Assembly: GCA_041484665.1 (NCBI GenBank)
Contig: JBGPIA010000012.1
Span: 32,001 to 96,000, forward strand
DNA: 64,000 bases
Direction: 5' to 3'
DNA from: Candidatus Krumholzibacteriia bacterium
GTDB lineage: Bacteria > Krumholzibacteriota > Krumholzibacteriia > JAJRXK01
Shown: in pieces, positions 9,583 through 19,414 of the stretch
Layout: every line of letters starts with the position of its first letter
How positions within the stretch are numbered: position 1 is the first letter of the stretch
Notes under the pieces: model-generated
What the model was told of the DNA's origin: nothing
Seen by the model: only the letters and a program-made list of their open reading frames with translations
The model's database searches: none
Translations under genes and position numbers: made by a program

Positions 9583-11084
9583 GGACTCCGGGGGAAGCCC
9601 GGGGGGAGGCTCCCGCACCCGGCTTCAAACGCGAGCTGAAGCTGCTCGACTCGACGATGATCGTCATCGGGTCGATGATCGGCTCGGGGATCTTCATCGT
9701 CAGCGCCGACATCGCGCGCACCGTCGGCTCGCCCGGCCACCTGCTGCTGGTGTGGTTGGTCACGGGCGTCATCACCGTCATCGCGGCGCTGAGCTACGGC
9801 GAGCTCGCCGGCATGATGCCCAACGCCGGCGGCCAGTACGTCTACCTGCGCGAGGCCTACAACCCGCTGGTCGGCTTCCTGTACGGCTGGACGCTCTTCC
9901 TGGTGATCCAGACCGGAACGATCGCGGCCGTGGCGGTGGCGTTCGCCAAGTTCACGGGCATCCTGGTCCCCTGGTTCGCCGAGACCCACGTGCTGGGGGC
10001 CGTGCTGGGGCGCAAGATCTCAGCGGCGCAGCTGCTGGCCATCGCCAGCATCGTGGTGCTCACCGGCGTCAACCTGCGGGGCCTGCGCACCGGCAAGATC
10101 GTGCAGGACGTCTTCACGATCACCAAGACGATCGCGGTATTCGGGCTGATCCTGCTGGGCATCTTCGTGGGCCGCAACGCGCATGCGGTGGCGGCCAATA
10201 CCGCGAGCTTCTGGAACGCGGCTTGGACGCACGTGACTGCGGGCCGCGTCGCCAGCGTCGAGCCGCTGTCGGGCCTGATGCTGCTGGCCGCCATTGGCGT
10301 GGCGATGGTGGGATCGCTGTTCTCGGCCGACGCCTGGAACAACATCACGTTCACGGCGGGCGAGGTGGTCAATCCGCGGCGCAACATCCCCCTCAGCCTG
10401 GTGCTGGGGACGGGCACCGTGATCGTGCTCTACCTGCTGGCGAACGTCGCCTACATCCTCGTGCTGCCAGTCGCCGGCTCGCCGGAGGGGGCGACGGTGT
10501 TGGAGCGCGGGATCCAGTTCGCCCAGAACGACCGGGTGGGGACGGCGGCAGCCGCGATGATCTTCGGCGGACCGGCCGCGGCCATCATGGCTGTATTGAT
10601 CATGGTGTCGACCTTTGGGTGCAACAACGGGCTGATCCTGGCCGGAGCCCGCGTCACCTACGCAATGGCGCAGGACGGGCTGTTCTTCCGCCGCACAGGA
10701 GCCCTGAACAGCAAGGCCGTGCCCGGCTTCGCCTTGGTAGCGCAGGCGATCTGGGCGAGCCTGCTGTGCCTGTCGGGAAGCTACGGCAATCTGCTCGATT
10801 ACGTGATCTTCGCCGTGCTCATCTTCTACGTGCTCACCATCGCCGGGATCTTCCGCCTGCGCCGCCTGCGCCCCGATGCGGAGCGCCCCTACCGCGCGCT
10901 GGGCTATCCGGTGCTGCCGGCCTTGTACATCGTGGCGGCCGCGGCCATCTCGCTCGATCTGCTGATCTTCAAGAAGCAGTACACCTGGCCAGGCCTGGTG
11001 ATCGTGCTCACCGGGATCCCGGTGTACTTCCTGTGGAGAGCGCTGGCGGGCAGGCAACGCACGGCGGGCGACAGCGGCGCATAG
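9579..11084 (+). CDS. APC-family amino acid permease
   Basis: GSMIGSGIFIVSADIAR, GGQYVYLREAY; ATGA coupling to the upstream gene. Confidence 0.93.
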   Translation: MRTPGEARGEAPAPGFKRELKLLDSTMIVIGSMIGSGIFIVSADIARTVGSPGHLLLVWLVTGVITVIAALSYGELAGMMPNAGGQYVYLREAYNPLVGFLYGWTLFLVIQTGTIAAVAVAFAKFTGILVPWFAETHVLGAVLGRKISAAQLLAIASIVVLTGVNLRGLRTGKIVQDVFTITKTIAVFGLILLGIFVGRNAHAVAANTASFWNAAWTHVTAGRVASVEPLSGLMLLAAIGVAMVGSLFSADAWNNITFTAGEVVNPRRNIPLSLVLGTGTVIVLYLLANVAYILVLPVAGSPEGATVLERGIQFAQNDRVGTAAAAMIFGGPAAAIMAVLIMVSTFGCNNGLILAGARVTYAMAQDGLFFRRTGALNSKAVPGFALVAQAIWASLLCLSGSYGNLLDYVIFAVLIFYVLTIAGIFRLRRLRPDAERPYRALGYPVLPALYIVAAAAISLDLLIFKKQYTWPGLVIVLTGIPVYFLWRALAGRQRTAGDSGA

Positions 11085-11116
11085 GACGCGTGCCCCGCCT
11101 GCCACGGCCCGGCCGG

Positions 11117-14100
11117 TCAGTGCCGCAGCAACACCGTCGCCGGCACGGCGCTCACGACGATCTCCCCCGCTGTTGAGGGCTTCACCGACTTGCCATTGAC
11201 GAGCGCCGCGCGGACGGGCCAGGGCAGCGGCGGGCGTACTATGATGCCGCCGGCGGGGACCCTCAGGCCGCCCTCGATGCGCACCTGCACCACCGTGTCC
11301 GCGCTCTGCATCGTGTAACTCAGCGTCCCGTAGCGGGTACCCAGGCCGCGCACCACCAGGCCCGGCGCCGGGTGCAGCCAGGCCAGGGGAACACCTGCGC
11401 CGATCACCAGCGCGTCGTCCTCCTCGCGCTCGTAGGCGAGCATGTCCAGCACCGACCGGATGTAATCGGACCCGACCCAGGTGTGCGGCAGGTCGCCCAG
11501 GAAGTGCGGCGCGCGCGCGTCGTGCCACACGACCTCCGGCCACTGCCTCCAGCCGGTCGGGCGCTGGTACCCCAGGAAGAAATCGAGCGCCTCGTTCGCG
11601 CGCTCGCGCCACCCCAGACGCACGAAGGCGCCGATGGTGCGGATCTCATAGGGGGTGAACGCCTCCCACGCAGTACCGGCGCGCCGGTCGCGAAAGAACT
11701 CGTAGTACTTCTGGAATGTCCGCTCGACGGCCGCGCGCGGTAGTACGCCACCGGCCCCCGCCGGCGCGAGCGCGATGGTCGTGGAGGTCGCGTCGAAATC
11801 ACCCAGGTCGGCGCAGCCCGGCACGTAGTCGATGGCGTGACGCTTCATCGCAGCGTCCACCGACGCAGCGAGGTCGTGCTCGAACTGCTTGCAAATCGCC
11901 TCGAGCCGCGCGCGGTCACCTTTGCGCCCCAGCTCGCCGGCGAGGAATGCGGCGTCCTTGAAGCCACGCAGCGCCCAGAAGTCGTCCCAGTACGAGTGCA
12001 TCGGCTTGGCCGAGTATCCCTCGTGGCTGATGGACGGCGGCAGCAGCCCGAAGAACTCCCGCTTGTCTGCCGTGCGGTACTCGTCGCTGCGCCGCGTCTG
12101 GCGCAGCGAGTCGAGGTAGGCTGCAGCCTTGCGCACGCGCGGGAACATCGTCGCCATGAGCGTACGGTCGCCCGTGTACCGGTAAAGCTCGGCGACGAGG
12201 TAGATGAACTCCCCACTGCTGTCGTGCTCGGGCACCGGATCGGCGCCACGGGCGTCTACCACGCAGGGGATCTTGCCGTTGGGGTACTGATTCGGCGCGT
12301 ACCACTCCAGGAACGCGCGCACGGGCTCGCTCTCCCCCAGCCGCAGCAACGCCGAGCAGGTGAGCGCGCCATCGCGGATCCACGAACGCGCGTACGAGCG
12401 CGTGCCGGGCTGCAGCGCCGGCCCCACGCGGCCCGCCAGGATCCAGGCGAGCTGGGCGCGCAGCGACTGCACAACCGCTGCCGAGGAATCAGGGAGCTGG
12501 ATCGTGACGCGGGACAGCCGTGATTGCCACTCGGCGTGGCAGCGCTGCAGTTGCTCCTCGGATTCCGTCAGGGCGGTCCTCACTGCCTGGTCGCCGTCCC
12601 CGGGTTCGGGAATCGGCACAGCCGCCACGCCGGGCCGGGGGATCTGCACGTCCACGTCGTGCTGCGCTCCGGGCGCCAGGTCGAGCGGGAATGCCAGGGC
12701 CCCGGAAGCAGCCTCGAAGGGGTCGTCCACGCTGCCGTTGGGCGGAAGGCGGCCGGCGCGCAGATAGTCGGTGACGATGTCCCCCGCATCGAACGGCACC
12801 GCTCCGAAAGCCGCCGAGCACGCGGCGGCTTCGAACAGAAGCGTGCCGTCGAGCGTCGCGCGCCAGATCCTGCCGCCAGCGTACGCGCGGGACGAGATCG
12901 AGCGCACGCGGGCCGTCCCACCCGGCATGTTGAGGAATTGGGCGGGCGGATTCACCTGAAACGGCCGCAGCGCGAGGTAGAGCGTCACCAAGGCCGAGAC
13001 CTGGCCGTGATTGGCGATCCGGTAGCGCGCGCTCAAGCGCGAGAGCGAGGGGTCTCCCGCGGCAAACGCCGTGATCGTCAGGCTCAGATCGCCCACCGAC
13101 CACCGCACCGAGGGCACCGGCAGGAATCCAGAGTCCAGCGACGGCTCGATCTGCGCATCGCCCCAGGTCACCAGACGACCGCCGACGTATAAAAACGGCT
13201 CGATGGAGAGCGCGCCCTTGCCGGTCTCCAGCATGCCATCCTCGCTGAGCAGCCCCTGCGGCGCGCCGCTTTCGGTCCCCACGATCGTCCAGTAGACCTG
13301 TTCGCCCGACATGCCGCGCGGGTAGCTGCCACGCAAAGCGTCTTGGGCAATGGCCTGGAAGAAGGCCTCGCGCGTCGCCGACCATGCGAGCGGTTGCAGG
13401 CGCAGCTCGCGCATCGCGATGGCGGGCTGCCCCGCGCCTTCCGCTGCAACTCTGCGCGCCCGCACGCGCACGTAGCGCGATTCGGACTCGGGCGCGTAGA
13501 CATAATCGCGCCCGCCGTTGCTCCCGCGCACCTCACGCAGCGTGCGCCAGGCCGTACCATCGCCGGAGGCCTCGACATCGTAGTCGGGGGGGTGGCGGCC
13601 CGCGGCCCAATCGACCACGAGCCCGCCATACTCGCGCTCGCCGCCGAGGTCCAGGGTCAGGGACGGCGTCGCATCGGCCGTCGCGCACTGCCAGGCGGTC
13701 GCCGTATCGCCGTCGGCCGCCGCTGCCGCAGGATAACCGGGCGCTTGCGAGGAGGCGCTGGCCAGCGGTGGCGGAAACGTGGATCCGGGCGGCGGGAGTG
13801 GCCGCAGTTGCAGGTCGTCGATCCAGACGCTGCCGGTTCCGCCCTTGCCGGCCGTGACGGCGAACTCGAGCGCGGCCACGTGCTTGATCTCTCCGCCGCC
13901 CGCCGGCCCCCACGCGAAGCTGATCTGGCGCTTCTTGATCGTGAACGTCTCCCACTGTGCGGGGAAACTCACGTCGCGCCGCACCGACCACCAGACGTTC
14001 TCGCTGCTGTCGTCGATCAGCTTGAACTCGAGGTGGTTGGACGGCGCTTCCCCGCGGATGCGAAACGAGAAGGCGTAGTTGTCCGGCAGATCGAGCGAGA

Positions 14101-14341
14101 GCGCGCGGTGCGCCACCGCGTACCCGCCGCCATGGAGGAACTTGAAATCGAGCCGCATGGCGTGTCCGTGGTCGCCGGCATCGGAGCGGATGGCGAGCTC
14201 CACGCCGTCGGCCGGGTGCGCCGACCAGGCGCTGACGCTCTCGAAGTCGTCGACGACGACCGGCGCCATCTGCGCGGCGGCCCGCCCGGCCGGCGTCACA
14301 GCGCCAGCCAGCAGAAGCGCGCACCCCAGAGACCGTATCAC
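11117..14341 (-). CDS. Secreted multidomain protein: CBM-like + discoidin (F5/8C) + six-hairpin glycosidase-like domain
   Basis: Signal peptide; AADGDTATAW discoidin motif; RSYARSWIRDGA, EHDSSG, SISHEGY, HSYWDDFW, GDLPHTWVGS. Confidence 0.8.
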   Translation of the reverse strand: MIRSLGCALLLAGAVTPAGRAAAQMAPVVVDDFESVSAWSAHPADGVELAIRSDAGDHGHAMRLDFKFLHGGGYAVAHRALSLDLPDNYAFSFRIRGEAPSNHLEFKLIDDSSENVWWSVRRDVSFPAQWETFTIKKRQISFAWGPAGGGEIKHVAALEFAVTAGKGGTGSVWIDDLQLRPLPPPGSTFPPPLASASSQAPGYPAAAAADGDTATAWQCATADATPSLTLDLGGEREYGGLVVDWAAGRHPPDYDVEASGDGTAWRTLREVRGSNGGRDYVYAPESESRYVRVRARRVAAEGAGQPAIAMRELRLQPLAWSATREAFFQAIAQDALRGSYPRGMSGEQVYWTIVGTESGAPQGLLSEDGMLETGKGALSIEPFLYVGGRLVTWGDAQIEPSLDSGFLPVPSVRWSVGDLSLTITAFAAGDPSLSRLSARYRIANHGQVSALVTLYLALRPFQVNPPAQFLNMPGGTARVRSISSRAYAGGRIWRATLDGTLLFEAAACSAAFGAVPFDAGDIVTDYLRAGRLPPNGSVDDPFEAASGALAFPLDLAPGAQHDVDVQIPRPGVAAVPIPEPGDGDQAVRTALTESEEQLQRCHAEWQSRLSRVTIQLPDSSAAVVQSLRAQLAWILAGRVGPALQPGTRSYARSWIRDGALTCSALLRLGESEPVRAFLEWYAPNQYPNGKIPCVVDARGADPVPEHDSSGEFIYLVAELYRYTGDRTLMATMFPRVRKAAAYLDSLRQTRRSDEYRTADKREFFGLLPPSISHEGYSAKPMHSYWDDFWALRGFKDAAFLAGELGRKGDRARLEAICKQFEHDLAASVDAAMKRHAIDYVPGCADLGDFDATSTTIALAPAGAGGVLPRAAVERTFQKYYEFFRDRRAGTAWEAFTPYEIRTIGAFVRLGWRERANEALDFFLGYQRPTGWRQWPEVVWHDARAPHFLGDLPHTWVGSDYIRSVLDMLAYEREEDDALVIGAGVPLAWLHPAPGLVVRGLGTRYGTLSYTMQSADTVVQVRIEGGLRVPAGGIIVRPPLPWPVRAALVNGKSVKPSTAGEIVVSAVPATVLLRH

Positions 14342-14348
14342 GGACGCC

Positions 14349-15290
14349 TCAGCCCTTGACGCTGCCGGCCAGGATGCCGCGCACGTAAGCCCGTTGGAAC
14401 AGCAGAAAGACCACCAGCGCCGGCAAGGTGGTGAGCACAGAGCCCGCCATCATGAGCTCGGTGTCCTGGACGTGCTCGCCCGACAGATTCGCCAGGGCGA
14501 CCGGCAGCGTGTAGTTGTGGTTGTCGCTGAGGATGATCAGCGGCCACATGAAGTCGTTCCACGCATTCAGGAACGTGAACGCCGCCAGGGTCACCAGAAT
14601 CGGCCGGATGACTGGCACCACGACCGTCCAGAAGACGCGCAGCTCCCCGGCGCCGTCGACGCGCGCCGCGTTGAGCAGATCGTCGGGCACGCTCAGCACG
14701 TACTGGCGGATCATGAAGATCCCCAGCACGTTGGCGAAGTACGGGATCATCACCCCCAGGTAGGTGTTGACCAGGCCCATCTGGCGCAGCAGCAAGAACA
14801 GCGGCAGCATCCCCACCTGCGCCGGAATCACCAGCGCCAGGGTCAGCCCACGGAAGAGCCCGTCGCGCCCCCGGAATGGCAACTTGGCGAACGCGTATCC
14901 GGCAAACGCATTCACCACCAGCGAGACGAGCATCGCCCCCGATGTGACCACTGCGCTGTTGAGGAAGTGGCGGGCCAGATCCAGACGCGTGAACAGCGCG
15001 ATGTAGTGCTCGAAGGTGACCCGGCGGGGAATGAAGCGCGGCGGGAGCACGTTCGCGTCGCCGGTCGGCATCAGCGATGCCGCCACCATCCACCCCAGCG
15101 GCGCCAGCGTGAGGATCGCCCCGAGCACCAGCACCACGTGCAGCAGAACCGGGCGCAGCGGCGCCGGACGCGGCGGGGCCGGGCGTGAACCGGCCGCGCG
15201 CGGCGCGGGCGGACGCGGGTCGGGCGGCGGCAACCCGGCCGGGGCCGGGTCGGCCGGGCGCGGCTCCCCAGGGCGGGGCAGCTGCGCCAT
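14349..15290 (-). CDS. Carbohydrate ABC transporter permease (MalG-like)
   Basis: DLLNAARVDGAGE EAA loop, WNDFMWPLI; Pro-rich N-terminus. Confidence 0.93.
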   Translation of the reverse strand: MAQLPRPGEPRPADPAPAGLPPPDPRPPAPRAAGSRPAPPRPAPLRPVLLHVVLVLGAILTLAPLGWMVAASLMPTGDANVLPPRFIPRRVTFEHYIALFTRLDLARHFLNSAVVTSGAMLVSLVVNAFAGYAFAKLPFRGRDGLFRGLTLALVIPAQVGMLPLFLLLRQMGLVNTYLGVMIPYFANVLGIFMIRQYVLSVPDDLLNAARVDGAGELRVFWTVVVPVIRPILVTLAAFTFLNAWNDFMWPLIILSDNHNYTLPVALANLSGEHVQDTELMMAGSVLTTLPALVVFLLFQRAYVRGILAGSVKG

Positions 15291-16180
15291 CACCGCTGCC
15301 CCTTCTGCAAGCGCATCTGTACCAGCGTGCCGATCAGCGTGATCAAGAGCAGCAGGAACGCTAGAGCCGAGGCCACCCCCATCCGCCACCAGCGGAAGCC
15401 CTCCTCGTACATGAGCAGCACGAGTGACGTGGTGCTGCGCAACGGGCCTCCTTGCGTCATCACATAGGGCTCCGAGAACAGCTGGAAGAAACCGATCATC
15501 GTGGTGACGCCCACGAACAGGAACGTCGGGGCGAGGCCGGGCAGGGTGACGTGGACGAAGCGCCGCCAGGCGCTGGCGCCGTCGATGGCGGCCGCCTCGT
15601 AGAGCTCCTCGGGGATACTCTGCAGGCCGGCGACGAAGATCAGCATGTTGTAGCCGAAGTTTTTCCACACCGCGAGCAGGATGATCGCCGGCATCGCCCA
15701 ATGCGGATTCCCCAGCCAGTCGATCGGGTGGATCCCCAGCCGGCCCAGCATGTGATCCAGCAGCCCGTAGCGCGGGTGGTACAGGTACCGCCATACGATG
15801 GCGACCGCGACCAGCGTGGTTACGACCGGGGCGAAGTAGATCGTGCGGAACAGTCCGCGCCAGCGCACCAACTTCGCGCTCAGCAGCAGGGCGGCGACCA
15901 GCGACACGATCACCGAGAGCGGCCCCCCCGCCACCACGAAATACAACGTGTTGCGCAGCGCGCGCCAGAATTCCGGGTTGGACAGCGCCTGGGTGTAGTT
16001 GCGCAGCCCCACGAAGCGCGCTGCCTCGGGCGTGCCGATGGCGTACAGGTCGAAGTCGGTCAAGCTCAGCAGCAGGCCGGCCACCACCGGCACGACGAAG
16101 AAGACTGCGATCAGCGCGAGCGCGGGCGCGACGAACAGCCACGCGGTGCGGGCTTGCTGGCGCTCCAACGTCGCGCTCAC
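15290..16180 (-). CDS. Carbohydrate ABC transporter permease (MalF-like)
   Basis: FVGLRNY, ELYEAAAIDGAS; GTG start overlaps the binding-protein stop. Confidence 0.93.
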   Translation of the reverse strand: MSATLERQQARTAWLFVAPALALIAVFFVVPVVAGLLLSLTDFDLYAIGTPEAARFVGLRNYTQALSNPEFWRALRNTLYFVVAGGPLSVIVSLVAALLLSAKLVRWRGLFRTIYFAPVVTTLVAVAIVWRYLYHPRYGLLDHMLGRLGIHPIDWLGNPHWAMPAIILLAVWKNFGYNMLIFVAGLQSIPEELYEAAAIDGASAWRRFVHVTLPGLAPTFLFVGVTTMIGFFQLFSEPYVMTQGGPLRSTTSLVLLMYEEGFRWWRMGVASALAFLLLLITLIGTLVQMRLQKGQR

Positions 16181-17619
16181 GGCGCGTCCTTGCGCGCGAG
16201 CCCGCCGGACGCGCGGCGGCGCTCGCGCTCGATCAGCCAGCGCCGCTTCGCCAGGATGCGGTCCACGTCGCGATCGAGCAGCGCCAGCGCCGAATCGGCC
16301 GGCGCCGCTCCGCGCACCGCCAACTCGGCGCGCTCCTGGAGCTTGGTCGTGATCAGCTCCCACTCGGGGATCTTGGGCGTGGGCACGACGTATTGCAGCT
16401 GCTGGAAGAACACCCGCGTGTCGGGGTCGCGCGCCAGCGACGTGTCAGCCCAGGCCTCCGTGCGCGCGGGCAGATCACCGGTCAGCCGATAGAAGGCCAG
16501 CTGAGTCTGGGGCTGCGAGAGGTACTCCACCAGGCGCCACGCAGCCTGCTTGTGGCGCGACGCGCGGAACAGCACGAGGCTGGAGCCGCCAGCGAGCGAG
16601 ACGCCCGGCGACGGCGACGCTGGCATTCCCGCGTCGTGCAGCTGCGTTGCTGGCCCCGCGGCCCCCGGCGCCAACCCACCCGACCGCGACGCGTCCGGAC
16701 CCGCCACGTCCGGCGCCGGCAACGTCGACGTGCCCCATGCGTCCTGCAGCTCCGGTGGCAGGCGCCGCCGGAACTCGCCCAAGTTCCAGGGCCCGCTTAT
16801 GTACATGGAGAAGTAACCGCGCGCGAACTCCTGGTACAGGTTCGCGATCTCGTTGTTGCGCACGGGCGGCGCGAGGCCATCGCGGAAGAGGTCGAGGAAG
16901 AACGCAAATGCGCGCCGGAAGGGCGGCTCGCTGAAGGCGCCTCGGGTGTCGTCGTCTTGCAGCAGCGGCGAGCCCGCCTGCAGGCCCAGGATCACCTCGG
17001 GCGGCCACTCGTTCACCGGCAGGAAGATCGCGAACTTGTCCGGCCCGACCAGCTTCTTGATTGCCACCATCGCCGCGTGCCACTCGCTCCACGTTGCCGG
17101 GACGGCGTCGTACCCGGCGCGCGCGAGGAGATCCTTGCGGTAGAACAGCACGCGTGTGTCCACATACCAGGGCACGCCATAGAGCACGCGGTCGATGCGG
17201 TTGGTGTCCCAGATCCCGCGGAAGTAGGCGCTGGAGTCCACGGCTGTCGAGCCGGCGAGCCACGGCGAGAGGGGCTCCAGGGCGCGCAGCGCCGCAAACT
17301 CCGACACCCAGGTATTGCCCAGCTGCGCCAGGTCGGGCGTCGAGCGCCCCACAAAGGCGGTGAGCAGCTTCTCGTGCGCCGCCGTCCACGGGATCTGCTG
17401 GATCTCGACGTGGATCTCGGGATGCTGGCGCTCGAAATCGCGCACCAACTCCGACACGACCTCGCCCTCGCGGCCCATGGCCCAGAAGCGCAACGTGGTG
17501 GGCGCATCGCCCGCCGCGCGGCCGCAGCCTGCGACGAGCGTGCAGGCCGGCCCTGCGGCGAGCGCGCAGACGAGTGCAGCGCGCACTGCCCTAGCCCGCG
17601 CCGCGCGCGCGCCCGTCAC
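16177..17619 (-). CDS. Sugar ABC transporter substrate-binding lipoprotein
   Basis: LVAGC lipobox, LRFWAMGREGE, VPWYVDTRVLFYRKD. Confidence 0.92.
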   Translation of the reverse strand: MTGARAARARAVRAALVCALAAGPACTLVAGCGRAAGDAPTTLRFWAMGREGEVVSELVRDFERQHPEIHVEIQQIPWTAAHEKLLTAFVGRSTPDLAQLGNTWVSEFAALRALEPLSPWLAGSTAVDSSAYFRGIWDTNRIDRVLYGVPWYVDTRVLFYRKDLLARAGYDAVPATWSEWHAAMVAIKKLVGPDKFAIFLPVNEWPPEVILGLQAGSPLLQDDDTRGAFSEPPFRRAFAFFLDLFRDGLAPPVRNNEIANLYQEFARGYFSMYISGPWNLGEFRRRLPPELQDAWGTSTLPAPDVAGPDASRSGGLAPGAAGPATQLHDAGMPASPSPGVSLAGGSSLVLFRASRHKQAAWRLVEYLSQPQTQLAFYRLTGDLPARTEAWADTSLARDPDTRVFFQQLQYVVPTPKIPEWELITTKLQERAELAVRGAAPADSALALLDRDVDRILAKRRWLIERERRRASGGLARKDAP

Positions 17620-19124
17620 GGCGCCACCGCAGCCGAGTCCAGCCAGCCGCCCGTGAAGCCCGCCGCGCGCAGTCCGCGGATCAGGTGGGGGTTGCGCCGC
17701 ATCGTCCGCCACACCAGGCCGCTGCGGTAGTTCTCCACCATGGCCAGAATCGGTCCCTGATCGATCCCCAGGTAGTCGGTGTCGAACCAGCCGAGCTGGG
17801 GGTCTACCTGACCATGATGCGCGTCGACCGGCAGTTTCAGCGTCGGGTTATAGGCATCCAGGAACCCGTACTCCGAGAAGAGGTGCTTGCCGTAGGTCTC
17901 GCGGATGTTGATCAGCGCAGGCAGGACGATCTGTGGCGTGAAGGCGATCGAGCCCGCGACGGCGGACGGCGACAGCGTGCCGTCGTCGTTGACGCCGGTG
18001 AACGACGCCCCGCGCGCCCAGTACGTGTGGAACTCGCGGGAGCGCCCGTCAATCGCAAGCGTGCCGTCGAGCGGTCCATCGCTGGCCGACAGCCCGAAGC
18101 AGCGCGGGCCGTAGCCCGCCCAGCCCATGGGATTGGCCACCGCATAGGCCTGCTGCGCGTAGACCGCGCGCCGCGAGTTCTCGAAATAGTCCAGGTCCTG
18201 CTGGCGCATGTAGGCGTCACGGATGCCGCGGAAGTCGATCCAGACGTGGGAGTACTGGTGCCCGAACAGCGGCGCGAAACCCACGTGTGGCGCGCCGTGG
18301 AAGGCACCCCACTTGTAGCCGCTGATCCAGGCAGACCACAAGTCACCCGTGACCGGATGGCTGGTGGATCCCAGGGCCAGGATATGCAGCACCATGGCCT
18401 CGTCGTACCCGCGCCAGTCGTAGGGCAGGAAGCCCTTCTCCGGCGACCAGCCCAGCACGAGCGTGGGCGGGCGTACCTGCGCCCAGCGCCAGTCCGCGCG
18501 CTGGTAGAGCGCCTCGGCCAGCGTGCGGATGCTGTCCTCGGTCGCGTCGGCAGCGTCGAAGTACGACTGGCAGAACAGCGCCCCCGCCAGAAGCAGCGCG
18601 GTGTCGACCGTGGAGAGCTCGACGTCGGCGAAGCGGTGCCCCGTCTGCGGCTCGAGAAAATGGTAGAAGAACCCGCGGTAGCCCGTGGCTCCGTGAAGCG
18701 TGGAATCTTGCGGGGCGGCCAGCATGGTGTGCAGCGTGCGCAGCACGCGCTCGCGGGCCTGCGCGCGCGTCACGTATCCACGCTGCGCGCCGATCGGGTA
18801 GGCCGTGAGTGCGAACCCCATCGCGCCCACGCTCACGAATGACCGGGTCGGCGCTCGATCGGGGGTCAGTCCCGTGCGCGCATCGCTGAGCTGCCAGAAG
18901 AACTGAAACGTACGCTGCTGCAGCGTGTCGAGGAAAGCCGTCTCGCGCGGCGTTGGCGTGTAGGCAGGCGCTGCGGCGGGGACCACAGGCCGCGGCAGCG
19001 CGGGCGGCGTGGCTGCCGTAGGCGGCGCAGGCGGCGCGGGCGTCGCATGGACGCCGGCGTCGGTCCGGCAGCCGGTGGCCGCCAGCGCGAGCAAGAGCGC
19101 AACGATGCGAAGCCCAGAGCGCAT
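17616..19124 (-). CDS. GH144-like endo-beta-1,2-glucanase ('glucoamylase-family') lipoprotein
   Basis: LAATGC lipobox; GFFYHFL, ELSTVDTALL, PLFGHQYSHVWIDFRG, YFENSR, LGIDQGPIL. Confidence 0.85.
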   Translation of the reverse strand: MRSGLRIVALLLALAATGCRTDAGVHATPAPPAPPTAATPPALPRPVVPAAAPAYTPTPRETAFLDTLQQRTFQFFWQLSDARTGLTPDRAPTRSFVSVGAMGFALTAYPIGAQRGYVTRAQARERVLRTLHTMLAAPQDSTLHGATGYRGFFYHFLEPQTGHRFADVELSTVDTALLLAGALFCQSYFDAADATEDSIRTLAEALYQRADWRWAQVRPPTLVLGWSPEKGFLPYDWRGYDEAMVLHILALGSTSHPVTGDLWSAWISGYKWGAFHGAPHVGFAPLFGHQYSHVWIDFRGIRDAYMRQQDLDYFENSRRAVYAQQAYAVANPMGWAGYGPRCFGLSASDGPLDGTLAIDGRSREFHTYWARGASFTGVNDDGTLSPSAVAGSIAFTPQIVLPALINIRETYGKHLFSEYGFLDAYNPTLKLPVDAHHGQVDPQLGWFDTDYLGIDQGPILAMVENYRSGLVWRTMRRNPHLIRGLRAAGFTGGWLDSAAVAP

Positions 19125-19414
19125 GGCCGCTCCATTCTTGGGCCAGCGGTCGGCGCGCGCAACCCCATTCGGGCCGGCGCCTGATCGCGGGTTCGTCGCG
19201 GCGCGGGCGCGGTGCGGCCAGCGCGACAAGCGCGCCATCGTCGCGCGGTTGCCCCGCCATTGTCGCGCGGTCGCCCCTGCCTTCACCCCACGCCCCGCCG
19301 TCCCTCCTTTGAGCATCCCGACTTGCGTTCGCACTCCGCCGGAAGGAAGATGATGCGTCGCGCCCGACGGCGGCCGCCGCACGGCCACCGCACCGCGACC
19401 GAAAGGACTGCGGC

